This document shows, piece after piece, positions 44,732-53,850 of a stretch of DNA of 64,000 bases (positions within the stretch are counted from its first letter, which is position 1; every line of letters starts with the position of its first letter). This stretch comes from Acidobacteriota bacterium (GTDB taxonomy: Bacteria; Acidobacteriota; Thermoanaerobaculia; UBA5066; Gp7-AA6): NCBI GenBank assembly GCA_027307335.1, contig DAHUXD010000039.1, forward strand, positions 11,625 through 75,624, read 5' to 3'. Below the pieces are notes generated by a model. The model was not told where the DNA came from. It saw nothing but the letters and a program-made list of their open reading frames with translations, and searched no databases. The position numbers and the translations under genes are program-made.

Positions 44732-46978
44732 ATGCGTCCCGGCACCCTCGCCGCTCTGGCCGTGCTGTGCGCGCCCGTTCTCCTCGGCCAGGAGCAGAAG
44801 CCTCTGCCCGTCCCTCCGACCCTGAATCTGCCGCTCCTCAAGGGCCCGATCACGATCGACGGAGACCTCTCCGATCCGGCCTGGGCCGACGCGCTCGTCA
44901 TCGACACCTTCTACGAGTTCCAGCCCGGCGACGGAACCGTGCCGCCCGTCAAGACGATCGCGCGCGTCGGGCGCGACGACCGGTACCTCTACGCGTCGTT
45001 CTGGTGCGAGGAGCCGGACATGGGCAAGCTCCGCGCGCCGTTCGTCGACCGCGACGGCGTGACCGACCAGATGGACTACGTCGGCATCCTGCTCGACGTG
45101 GACAACGCGCGCCGCTCGGCCGTCGACTTCTGGATCAACCCGCGGGGCATCCAGACCGACTCGATGCTGAACGAGTCCCCCTTTGGCGAGGACACCTCGC
45201 CGGACTGGTTCTGGAACTCGGCCGGGAAGATCGGGACGAACTCGTGGACGGTCGAGGTCGCGATCCCGCTCGCCTCGCTCCGTTACCCGAAGAAGGACCC
45301 CCAGGACTGGGCGTTGATGGTCTACCGGGTCTGGCCGCGCGACTTCAATTACCAGTTCTACAGCGTCCGGATGCCGCGCGGTTCGAACTGCTTCCTCTGC
45401 TGGTCGGCGACCGTGCAGAGCATCGCCGGTCTGCCGCAGGGCATGCACTACGTCCTCGCGCCGTACGCGGCCGGGTTCTCCGACACGACGTATCCGCCCG
45501 ACGGCGTCGTGAACGCCGAACCCGAGACGAAGGACAAGGCCGAGGCCGGCGTGGACCTGAAGTGGCTGCCGGACGCGGGCACCATCGTCGACGCGACCAT
45601 CAACCCCGACTTCTCGCAGGTCGAATCGGACGTCGTGCAGATCGGCGTCAACGAGCGCTTCGCGCTCTTCTACCCGGAGAAGCGGCCGTTCTTCCTCGAG
45701 CAGGTCGATCTGCTGCAGACGCCGATCCAGGCGATCTACACGCGGACGATCACGGATCCTCTCTGGGGGGCGCGCCTGACGAGCCGCGCCGGCTCGACCT
45801 CCTACACGCTGCTCGCGACGGACGACCGCGGCGGCGGCACGGTCGTGATCCCGGGGCCCGTCTTCTCGGACACGGCGCCGCAGGATTTCCAGTCCTGGGT
45901 CGGCATCGGACGCGCGCGCCACGACATCGGCGCCTCGTACGTCGGCGTCGTCGGCACGGCGCGCGTCATCGAGGGCGGCGGCTACAACTACGTCGGCGGC
46001 GCGGACTTCCAGTGGCACCCGAACGACGCCGACCTCGTCTCGGGCCAGTACCTCTACAGCGTCTCCCGCGAGCCCGACAAGCCGAACCTCTATCCGGGAT
46101 GGACGGGTCAGGCTCTCGCGGGCTTCGGCTTGACGACGCAGTGGTCGCACAGCGACTACCACTGGGACTGGCTCCTGCAGTACGACGACTTCGCGGACGG
46201 CTTCCGCGCCGACGACGGCTTCGTGCCCCAGGTCGGCTACGAGCAGGGGACGTGGAACGGCGGATATCGCGTCTATCCGACCGGCTTCTTCTCGCGGCTG
46301 CGCGTGGGGACCGGCGGCAACTACTCGGTCGACCGCGGCGGCGCGCTCATCTCACGGAAGGCTTTCCCGTCGATCACCTTCCAGGCGATGGGCGGATGGA
46401 AGACCGAGTTCGACTACAACCTCGAGGCGGTCTCGATCGGCGGCCGGGAGCTCGACTACGACCGCTTCGTCTGGACGATGACGGCGTCGCCGTCGGCGTT
46501 CCTGCCGGTCGTCGGGCTCTCCGGCAACTACGGCGAGCAGCCGGACGTCGAGAACGTGCGCGTCGGGAAGGGCGGCGACGTGCTGCTGACCGCGCTGATC
46601 CGCCCGACCGACCACCTCGGGCTCGACCTGCGTCTCGAGCGCCGCTGGATCGACGAGACGGTCGGCGGGCTCGCGGGCAACCTCTTCACCGCGGACGTCG
46701 CGCGGCTGAAGGCCGTGTACGTCTTCAACGCGCGCATGCTCGTGCGCCTGATCGGCCAGTACCAGGACGTGCGCCGCGATCCGGCGCTCTGGATCCAGCC
46801 GGCCCTCGAGAAGGAGGGCGCGTTCGCCGGGTCGGTCCTCTTCTCGTACAAGCTCAACTGGCAGAGCGTCGTCTTCGCCGGCTACGGCGACGCGCGCGCC
46901 CTCGACGAGACCGGAACGCTGCTCCTGCCGACGGGGCGGCAGTTCTTCGTCAAGGTCTCGTACGCGTTCCAGCGCTGA
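44732..46978 (+). CDS. Outer-membrane protein with CBM9-like N-terminus and DUF5916-type beta-barrel
   Basis: Signal peptide; ITIDGDLSDPAW; WTVEVAIP..SLRY; TINPDFSQVESD; YPEKRPFFLE; C-terminal FFVKVSYAF. Confidence 0.8.
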   Translation: MRPGTLAALAVLCAPVLLGQEQKPLPVPPTLNLPLLKGPITIDGDLSDPAWADALVIDTFYEFQPGDGTVPPVKTIARVGRDDRYLYASFWCEEPDMGKLRAPFVDRDGVTDQMDYVGILLDVDNARRSAVDFWINPRGIQTDSMLNESPFGEDTSPDWFWNSAGKIGTNSWTVEVAIPLASLRYPKKDPQDWALMVYRVWPRDFNYQFYSVRMPRGSNCFLCWSATVQSIAGLPQGMHYVLAPYAAGFSDTTYPPDGVVNAEPETKDKAEAGVDLKWLPDAGTIVDATINPDFSQVESDVVQIGVNERFALFYPEKRPFFLEQVDLLQTPIQAIYTRTITDPLWGARLTSRAGSTSYTLLATDDRGGGTVVIPGPVFSDTAPQDFQSWVGIGRARHDIGASYVGVVGTARVIEGGGYNYVGGADFQWHPNDADLVSGQYLYSVSREPDKPNLYPGWTGQALAGFGLTTQWSHSDYHWDWLLQYDDFADGFRADDGFVPQVGYEQGTWNGGYRVYPTGFFSRLRVGTGGNYSVDRGGALISRKAFPSITFQAMGGWKTEFDYNLEAVSIGGRELDYDRFVWTMTASPSAFLPVVGLSGNYGEQPDVENVRVGKGGDVLLTALIRPTDHLGLDLRLERRWIDETVGGLAGNLFTADVARLKAVYVFNARMLVRLIGQYQDVRRDPALWIQPALEKEGAFAGSVLFSYKLNWQSVVFAGYGDARALDETGTLLLPTGRQFFVKVSYAFQR

Positions 46979-46988
46979 CGGAAGACCG

Positions 46989-47097
46989 CCTCCCCCCAGC
47001 CCTCTCTCCCTGAAGGGGGAGCGGGGGTTTGAAAGGACGCGTCCTCCAATGAAAACTCTCTCCCCCCAGCGGGGGGAGAGGGGAGGGTGAGGGGGGA
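46989..47097. repeat. Two inverted CCCTCTCCC/GGGAGAGGG-type repeat units
   Basis: CCTCCCCCCAGCCCTCTCTCCCTGAAGGGGGAGCGGGGG and CTCTCTCCCCCCAGCGGGGGGAGAGGGGAGGGTGAGGGG. Confidence 0.65.
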
Positions 47098-47137
47098 GAA
47101 GGAACTTTCGCGTTGGCGCGGTTTCCCTCCTGACAGA

Positions 47138-50100
47138 ATGCCGACCGTGCTCTCCGTCTCGCAGCGGCTTCGGATCGCCGTCCTCGTGTCGGCGCTCGCG
47201 GGAATCGCGGCGCTCCCCGCCGCGCCGAAGCCCGCTCCGGCCGCAGCGCCCACGTGGGCCGAGGTGGATCGGCTCGTCAAGGACCAGAAGCTCCAGGAGG
47301 CGTCGGGTCTCGTCGACCGCCTCCTCGAATCGGCGAGGGAGCGCCACGACGAGGCCGGCTGGACGAAGGCGCTCGTCCGGGCCGTGCAGCTCCGCATCGG
47401 GCTCGGGAACTACGAGACCGCCGTCCGATTCCTGAAGGAGCAGCCCTGGCCGCCGGGGCTCCTGTCGCAGACGACGCTCGACCTGTTCTATGCGCAGGCG
47501 CTCGTCCAGTACGAGCGCGTCTACTCGTGGGAGATCGCGCAGCGCGAGTCGGTCGTGATCGAAGGCGATCTCGACCTGAAGCTCAAGACCCGCGACCAGC
47601 TCTACGAGGAGGCCCAGGGGGCCTACGCCCGCGTCTGGGCCCGTCGCGCCGAGCTCGGCGCGCTTCCCGTCGGCGTCCTCGCGGAGTACGTGGAACCGAA
47701 CGATTACCCGAAGGACGTCCGCGGCACGCTGCGCGACGCGGTCTCGTATCTCTATGCGGAGCTCCTCGCGGATTCGGCGCTCTGGAAACCGAACCAGGGG
47801 AGCGAGGTCTACCGGCTCGACCTCGCCGCCCTGCTCTCCGAGGACGGGGCCGCGGCGTCCCCGGCGCTCGCGGACCGGAACGCGCACCCGATTTCGAAGC
47901 TCGTCGCCGTTCTCGCCGATCTCGAGTCCTGGCACGCCGGCCGCGGGGATCGTCCGGCGGAGCTCGAGGCGCGGCTCGAGCGCGACCGCCGGCTGCATGC
48001 GGCGTATCCGACCCCCGAGGACCGCGAGCGCATCCGGAAGGACCTCGAGGCGAGACTGACGAAGTACCGGCAGATTCCGTGGTGGTCGATGGGCATGGCG
48101 CGGCTCGCCGAGCTCTGGCAGGCGGAGGACGAGCCGGACAACCTCGTCCACGCGCACGGTTCGGCGCTCGAGGGCGCGCGCGCCTTTCCGGAATCGCCGG
48201 GCGGCGGTCTCTGCGCGCGGATCCTCGACGCGATCGACGCGCCCGACTACCAGCTGACCGCGATGTCCTCGGACGCTCCCGATCGCCGCTCGATCGAAAT
48301 CGTCCACAGGAACCTCCCGCGGCTGTTCTTCCGGATCTACGCCGCGGACCTCGACCGGCGCATCGGCGAGCCGCGCTTCGACCTCAACCCGTCGGCCGAG
48401 GAGGTCCGCGCGCTGGTGCGCTCGGGGCGGCCGGCGTCGGCGTGGACCGAGGGTCTCCCGGCGACGCCGGACTACAAGAACCACCGGACGTTCGTGACGC
48501 CGAAGGCCGGCCGCGGGCTGTGGATCGTCGTCGCCTCGGCCCGCGCCGATTTCGCCGAGAGGGAGAACCGAGTGGTCTCGGTCGCGGTGCTCCTCGGCGA
48601 TCTCGTGATGCTGACCGACGCGGAGACCTCACACGTCGACACTCGCGTGGTCGACGGCTCGGGCGCGGCCGCCTCCGGGGCCGAGGTCACGCTGTACGCC
48701 TTCGACTGGCAGTCGGGGCGCTCGGCGCGCGTCGCCGCGGTCGTGACGGGCGCGGACGGGCTGGCGCGCTTCGACGGGGACCGCTCGGCCGATCGGCGCG
48801 CGCTTTTTCTCGTCGCACGGCGCCTCGGCGACGCCGCCGTGGACCGCAGCGCCTTCTCGCTCACGGCGCGGCCGCCCGCGGCGGAGACGGCCGCCGCGCT
48901 GGTGTACACCGACCGCGCCATCTACCGTCCGCTGCAGACCGTGAAGTGGAAGGTCGTGGCCTACGGCGGCCGCGCGGATCTCGGGCGGTTCCGCGTCTCG
49001 CCGCGGACACCCGTGACCGTCCGGCTGCGCGACCGCAACAACGAGGTCGTCGAGACGGCGACCGCGTTCACCGACGACTACGGCGCGGCGGCCGGCGAGT
49101 TCCGCATTCCCGCGGGGCGCGTGCTCGGCAGCTGGTCCGTCGAGTGCGATCCGAGGGGCTCGGCCGGAATCCAGATCGAGGAATACAAGCGGCCGACCTT
49201 CGAGGTGAAGTGGGAAGCGCCGAACGAGCCGCCGCGTCTCAACCGGCCGGCGGTCCTTCGCGGATCCGCGCGCTACTACTTCGGCCTGCCGGTCTCGGCC
49301 GGAAAGGTCCGCTGGCAGGTCTGGCGCCGCCCGGAGTTCCCGTGGTGGTGGCAGTGGCGCCACCCGTGGGTCGGCCGGGATGGCGGCGGAATCGTCGCGC
49401 AGGGCGAGGCGCCGCTGAAACCGGACGGCACGTTCGAAGCCGCCTTCACGCCGGCGGCCGACGAGCGCGCCGCGGACGCGAAGGAGCTCTCGTACCAGTT
49501 CCGCGCGACCGCGGACGTCACCGACGAGGGCGGAGAGACCCGCTCGGATGCGCGAGCGTTCACGCTCGGCTTCGTCGCGGTGAGCGCCTCGCTCTCGCTC
49601 GAGAGCGGCTTCTTCCGCGCGGGCCGGCCGGGAGTCGTGACGGTTGTGCGAACGGACCTCGACGGCGCGCCGCGGCCGGGCGTGGGAACGTGGCGCCTCG
49701 TTTCGCTCGCGGGTCCCGACCGCGCGCTCCGGCCTTCCGAGGTGCCGGCGCCGCCGCACTTCGACGACACGGTCACGACGCCGGGGGACCGGCTGCGTCC
49801 CCGCTGGGCGACCGCGGAGTCGCTGAGGGTGACGCTCCAGGGCTGGAAGGACGGGCCCGAGAGAGACCGGGGGAGCGTCACGCACGACGCTCAGGGGCGC
49901 GGGCGCATCGACCTCCCGGCCCTTCCCGCGGGCGCCTGGCGCCTGCGGTACGAGACTCGGGACGAATCGGGCGGCGTCTGCGCGCGCGAGGAGGACTTTC
50001 TGGTCGCCGGCGCGACGACGCCGGTGCCGGTCGCGGCGGTGCTGCTCGTCGAGCGAGAGTCCGTCGAGGTGGGGGGCGTCGCCCGCGTCCTCGCCTTCGC

Positions 50101-53100
50101 GGGACTCCCGGGCCAGCCGTGGGTGCTCGAACGCCTCCGGTCGGGCGAAGTCGTCTCGCGCGAGACGCTGTCGGGAGACGCAAAGAGCGTGTTCGAGATT
50201 CCGATCCGCGAGGAGGATCGCGGCGGCTTCGCGCTCCGCCTCTCGCTCGTCTCGGACCACCAGGTGATCACCGAGAGCGCGTCCATCCTCGTCCCGTGGA
50301 CGGACCGGGAGCTCTCGGTGTCGTTCGCCACGTTTCGCGACCGGATCCGGCCCGGCGCTCGGGAGACGTGGCGCGTCACGGTCAAGGCGCCCGCGGGCGC
50401 CGCCGGGGAGGAACGGACCGCGCAGCTCCTGGCTTACATGGTCGACCGCAGCCTCGACGCGTTCGGCGGTTACTACCCGCCGAACCCCCTCTCGCTCTAT
50501 CCGAATCACGCGAACGCGGGATATCTGCGATCGAGCGTCAGCGCCGCGGGCGCCGCCTGGGTCTTCGACAACGCCTTCGGCGCGCGAGGCGCACCCGTGC
50601 TCCTCCATGGCGATCGTCCGAAGTTTCTCGAGGGCTATGGGATCGGGGGCCCGGGCGTGCGGATGTTCGCGCAGCGGGCGATGGCGAAGTCCGAGGCGGG
50701 CGCGGCGAACGCCGCCGTGGATGCGATGAAGGAAGGCGTCGAGGGCGGCCTCGCCGGTGCGCCCGCGCCGGCCTCCGAGCCGGCGCCGGGGAGGGGAGCG
50801 GTCGCGACCGGCGAGGCGCCGCCGTCGCCCGTCCTCCGCAGCGACTTCTCCGAGACCGCGTTCTGGAAGCCGCAGCTGCTGACCGACGCGGACGGCTCCG
50901 CCGTCATCGAGTTCCAGGTGCCCGACTCGGTGACGTCGTGGAACGTCTGGGTCCACGCGATCACCAGGGACATCAAGGCCGGTTCGGTCCACCGCGAGAC
51001 GCGAAGCGTGAAGGACCTGATGGTCCGCCCCTACGTGCCGCGCTTCCTGCGCGAGGACGACCGCGGCGAACTGAAGGTCGTCGTGAACAACGCGTCCGAG
51101 CGGCCCATGAGCGGCACCGTGGCGCTCGACATCCTCGACGCGGAGACGAACCGGAGCGTCCTCGCCGATTTCGGGCTCGCTCCCGACGCCGCCTCCCGCG
51201 CCTTCGCCGCGGCCGCCGGAGGGTCCGCCGACGCCACCTTCACGCTCGCCGCGCCGAAGCGCGTCGGGGCGTATGCGATCCAGGCGACGGCGGTCTCCGG
51301 AGACTTCTCGGACGGGGAATTGCGGCCGGTTCCCGTCCTGCCCGGACGGATGCAGCTTTCGCAGTCGCGCTTCGCGGCCCTGCGGGGCGGCGACACGCGC
51401 ACGCTCTCCTTCGCCGACATGGCGAAGACGGACGACCCGAGCCGGGTGAACGAGCAGCTCGCCGTGACGGTCGACGCGCAGCTGTTCTATTCGGTGCTGA
51501 ATGCGCTTCCCTATCTGGTGAACTATCCGTACGAGTGCGTCGAGCAGACGCTCAACCGCTTCGTCTCGACGGGCATCGTCTCGTCGCTGTTCCGGCAGTA
51601 CCCCGCTGTCGAGAGAATGGCTCAGGACCTCGCGAAGCGCGACACGCCGCTCGAGGCGTGGGCGGCGCCGGATCCGACCCGACGCATGGCGCTCGAGGAG
51701 ACGCCGTGGCTCGAGGAGGCGAAAGGCGGGAAGGGCGCCGGCTCCGGGCTCGTGAAGGTGCTCGATCCGCGCGCGGCGGGGGCCGAGCGCGAGGCGGCCC
51801 TCGCGAAGCTGCGCCGGGCCCAGACCGCGTCGGGGGCCTTCCCGTGGTGGTCCGGCGGGCCGCCGTCGCCCTACATGACGCTGTACGTGATGTACGGCTT
51901 CGCCAAGGCGGCGGAATTCGGCGTCGACGTGCCGAGAGACGTGGTCGCGCGCGGCTGGGCCTACCTCGCCGCGCACTATCGCGGCGAGTACGAGAAGCGC
52001 ATGGCCGCGGACCGCTGCTCGCCGGAGTGGCTGACCTTCCTCGCGTACGTCGCGACGTGCTACCCCGATCCGTCCTGGATGGGCGACGCGCTGACGCGCG
52101 CGGAGCGGGAAGCGATCCTCGCGTTCTCCTTCCGGCACTGGCGGGAGCAGTCGCCGTACCTGAAGGGGATGCTCGCGCTCGCCCTGAAGCGGTCGGGACG
52201 CGGCGACGACGCGCGGCGCGTCTGGGCGAGCATCATGGACTCGTCGAAGACCGACGCCGACCTCGGCACGTACTGGGCGCCGGAGGACCGGGCGTGGCTC
52301 TGGTACGAGGACACGATCGAGACGCAGGCGTTCGCGCTGCGTGCGCTGATGGAGATCTCCCCGACGGATCCGCGCCGGCACGGCCTCGTGCAGTGGCTCT
52401 TCCTGAACAAGAAGCTCAACCAGTGGAAGTCGACGCGGGCGACGGCGGAGGCCCTGTACGCGCTCGTCGCGTACCTGAAGAAGGAGGGCGTGCTGGCGGC
52501 GCGCGAGTCGGTCGCGGTCGCGCTCGCGGGACAGAAGACGGTCTTCGACTTCGAGCCGGATCGGTACACCGGGAGTCGGGACCAGGTCGTCGTGCCGGGG
52601 GAGCGGATCGATCCGAAGCGTGACGCCGACGTGGTGGTGTCGAAGACGGGGACGGGGCTCGCGTTCGCGTCGGCGACCTGGAGCTTCTCGACCGATCGGC
52701 TTCCCGCGGAGGAGCGCGGCGACCTCTTCGCCGTGTCGCGGCGATACTACCGGCACGAGCCCACGCCGTCGGGCGTCGAGCTCCGGCCGCTCGCCGAGGG
52801 GGCGGCGCTTTCGACGGGCGACGAGGTCGAGGTGCAGCTGTCCATCCGCGCGAAGCACGCGGCCGAGTACGTCCACCTGCGCGATCCGCGCGCGGCGGGG
52901 CTCGAGCCGGGCGTCGCGACGTCCGGCTACCGCTGGGACCTCGGCCTCGTCCGCTACGAGGAGATCCGCGACTCGGGCACGAATTTCTTCTTCGAGTGGC
53001 TGCCGGCGGGGGAGTACACGCTGAAGTACCGCGTGCGGGCGAACATGGGCGGCACCTTCCGGGTCGGACCGGCGACGCTCCAGTCGATGTACGCGCCGGA

Positions 53101-53143
53101 GTTCTCGGCCTACTCGGCGGGAACGGTGATTACGGTCCGGTAG
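47138..53143 (+). CDS. Bacterial alpha-2-macroglobulin family protein (about 2000 aa); alternative GTG start at 47147
   Basis: YTDRAIYRP, IEEYKRPTFEV, RSDFSETAFW.P.L, PRFLREDD, thioester motif YPYECVEQ, QSMYAPEF. Confidence 0.93.
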   Translation: MPTVLSVSQRLRIAVLVSALAGIAALPAAPKPAPAAAPTWAEVDRLVKDQKLQEASGLVDRLLESARERHDEAGWTKALVRAVQLRIGLGNYETAVRFLKEQPWPPGLLSQTTLDLFYAQALVQYERVYSWEIAQRESVVIEGDLDLKLKTRDQLYEEAQGAYARVWARRAELGALPVGVLAEYVEPNDYPKDVRGTLRDAVSYLYAELLADSALWKPNQGSEVYRLDLAALLSEDGAAASPALADRNAHPISKLVAVLADLESWHAGRGDRPAELEARLERDRRLHAAYPTPEDRERIRKDLEARLTKYRQIPWWSMGMARLAELWQAEDEPDNLVHAHGSALEGARAFPESPGGGLCARILDAIDAPDYQLTAMSSDAPDRRSIEIVHRNLPRLFFRIYAADLDRRIGEPRFDLNPSAEEVRALVRSGRPASAWTEGLPATPDYKNHRTFVTPKAGRGLWIVVASARADFAERENRVVSVAVLLGDLVMLTDAETSHVDTRVVDGSGAAASGAEVTLYAFDWQSGRSARVAAVVTGADGLARFDGDRSADRRALFLVARRLGDAAVDRSAFSLTARPPAAETAAALVYTDRAIYRPLQTVKWKVVAYGGRADLGRFRVSPRTPVTVRLRDRNNEVVETATAFTDDYGAAAGEFRIPAGRVLGSWSVECDPRGSAGIQIEEYKRPTFEVKWEAPNEPPRLNRPAVLRGSARYYFGLPVSAGKVRWQVWRRPEFPWWWQWRHPWVGRDGGGIVAQGEAPLKPDGTFEAAFTPAADERAADAKELSYQFRATADVTDEGGETRSDARAFTLGFVAVSASLSLESGFFRAGRPGVVTVVRTDLDGAPRPGVGTWRLVSLAGPDRALRPSEVPAPPHFDDTVTTPGDRLRPRWATAESLRVTLQGWKDGPERDRGSVTHDAQGRGRIDLPALPAGAWRLRYETRDESGGVCAREEDFLVAGATTPVPVAAVLLVERESVEVGGVARVLAFAGLPGQPWVLERLRSGEVVSRETLSGDAKSVFEIPIREEDRGGFALRLSLVSDHQVITESASILVPWTDRELSVSFATFRDRIRPGARETWRVTVKAPAGAAGEERTAQLLAYMVDRSLDAFGGYYPPNPLSLYPNHANAGYLRSSVSAAGAAWVFDNAFGARGAPVLLHGDRPKFLEGYGIGGPGVRMFAQRAMAKSEAGAANAAVDAMKEGVEGGLAGAPAPASEPAPGRGAVATGEAPPSPVLRSDFSETAFWKPQLLTDADGSAVIEFQVPDSVTSWNVWVHAITRDIKAGSVHRETRSVKDLMVRPYVPRFLREDDRGELKVVVNNASERPMSGTVALDILDAETNRSVLADFGLAPDAASRAFAAAAGGSADATFTLAAPKRVGAYAIQATAVSGDFSDGELRPVPVLPGRMQLSQSRFAALRGGDTRTLSFADMAKTDDPSRVNEQLAVTVDAQLFYSVLNALPYLVNYPYECVEQTLNRFVSTGIVSSLFRQYPAVERMAQDLAKRDTPLEAWAAPDPTRRMALEETPWLEEAKGGKGAGSGLVKVLDPRAAGAEREAALAKLRRAQTASGAFPWWSGGPPSPYMTLYVMYGFAKAAEFGVDVPRDVVARGWAYLAAHYRGEYEKRMAADRCSPEWLTFLAYVATCYPDPSWMGDALTRAEREAILAFSFRHWREQSPYLKGMLALALKRSGRGDDARRVWASIMDSSKTDADLGTYWAPEDRAWLWYEDTIETQAFALRALMEISPTDPRRHGLVQWLFLNKKLNQWKSTRATAEALYALVAYLKKEGVLAARESVAVALAGQKTVFDFEPDRYTGSRDQVVVPGERIDPKRDADVVVSKTGTGLAFASATWSFSTDRLPAEERGDLFAVSRRYYRHEPTPSGVELRPLAEGAALSTGDEVEVQLSIRAKHAAEYVHLRDPRAAGLEPGVATSGYRWDLGLVRYEEIRDSGTNFFFEWLPAGEYTLKYRVRANMGGTFRVGPATLQSMYAPEFSAYSAGTVITVR

Positions 53144-53191
53144 GGGCGGCCCTCGTGGCCGCCCGCGGGCGGGGACGAGCGCCGCCCCTAC
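53140..53191. repeat. GTAG-type REP doublet between convergent genes
   Basis: GTAGGGGCGGCCCTCGTGGCCGCCC-GC-GGGCGGGGACGAGCGCCGCCCCTAC; each terminal GTAG contains the TAG stop of one flanking gene. Confidence 0.85.
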
Positions 53192-53787
53192 CGCTTTGAA
53201 GGCACCCGCGTCGCCAGCAGACTGATGTCCACGGTGACCGTGTTGCCCGCGACCTTCGCCTCGGGATTGCCCGTCCACGCCATGCCGAACTCGCGCCGAT
53301 CGAACGCGAGCGTCGCGTGGATGCCGAGGCGGTCGTCCGGGTGCGGGCCGTCGAAGCGGCCGCGGATCTCGAAGGGAAGAGTGATCTCCTTCGTCACGCC
53401 ATGGACCGCCAGAGGTCCGACCGCTTCCCACCGCCCCTTGACCTTGCGGATGCGCCGGCTCTCGAAGCGGATCTCCGGGTACTTCTGGGCGTCCAGGAAC
53501 GCCGGGGCCCGCAGCCGCGCGTCCCAGGATTCGCTCCCGGTCGCGATGCTCGAGGTCTCGATGACCGCGACGACCTTCGCCTGCGAGAGGTCCCGCGCCT
53601 TGCCGGCCGACATCTTCACGTCGTAGCGCATGAACTTCCCGGTGATCTTCGAGACACCGAGCACGGGCACGGAGAACTGCACGTTCGAGTGCTCGACGTC
53701 CAGCGTGTAGTCGGCGGCGCGCAGCACGGTCGAGAGCAGGAGAAAAAGGGCCGCGGCGGCGCCGGCGCGACGAAACGTGGTTCGCAT
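53188..53787 (-). CDS. yceI: YceI family (polyisoprenoid-binding) periplasmic protein
   Basis: Signal peptide; YTLDVEHSNVQF, ITGKF, FLDAQKYPEIRF, LAVHGVTKEI, DRREFG. Confidence 0.88.
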   Translation of the reverse strand: MRTTFRRAGAAAALFLLLSTVLRAADYTLDVEHSNVQFSVPVLGVSKITGKFMRYDVKMSAGKARDLSQAKVVAVIETSSIATGSESWDARLRAPAFLDAQKYPEIRFESRRIRKVKGRWEAVGPLAVHGVTKEITLPFEIRGRFDGPHPDDRLGIHATLAFDRREFGMAWTGNPEAKVAGNTVTVDISLLATRVPSKR

Positions 53788-53850
53788 GGTGTGCTCGGCC
53801 GATCTTATCCGGGCGCGAAGATAGAATCCCCCCGCTCTTTCGGAGGAACA

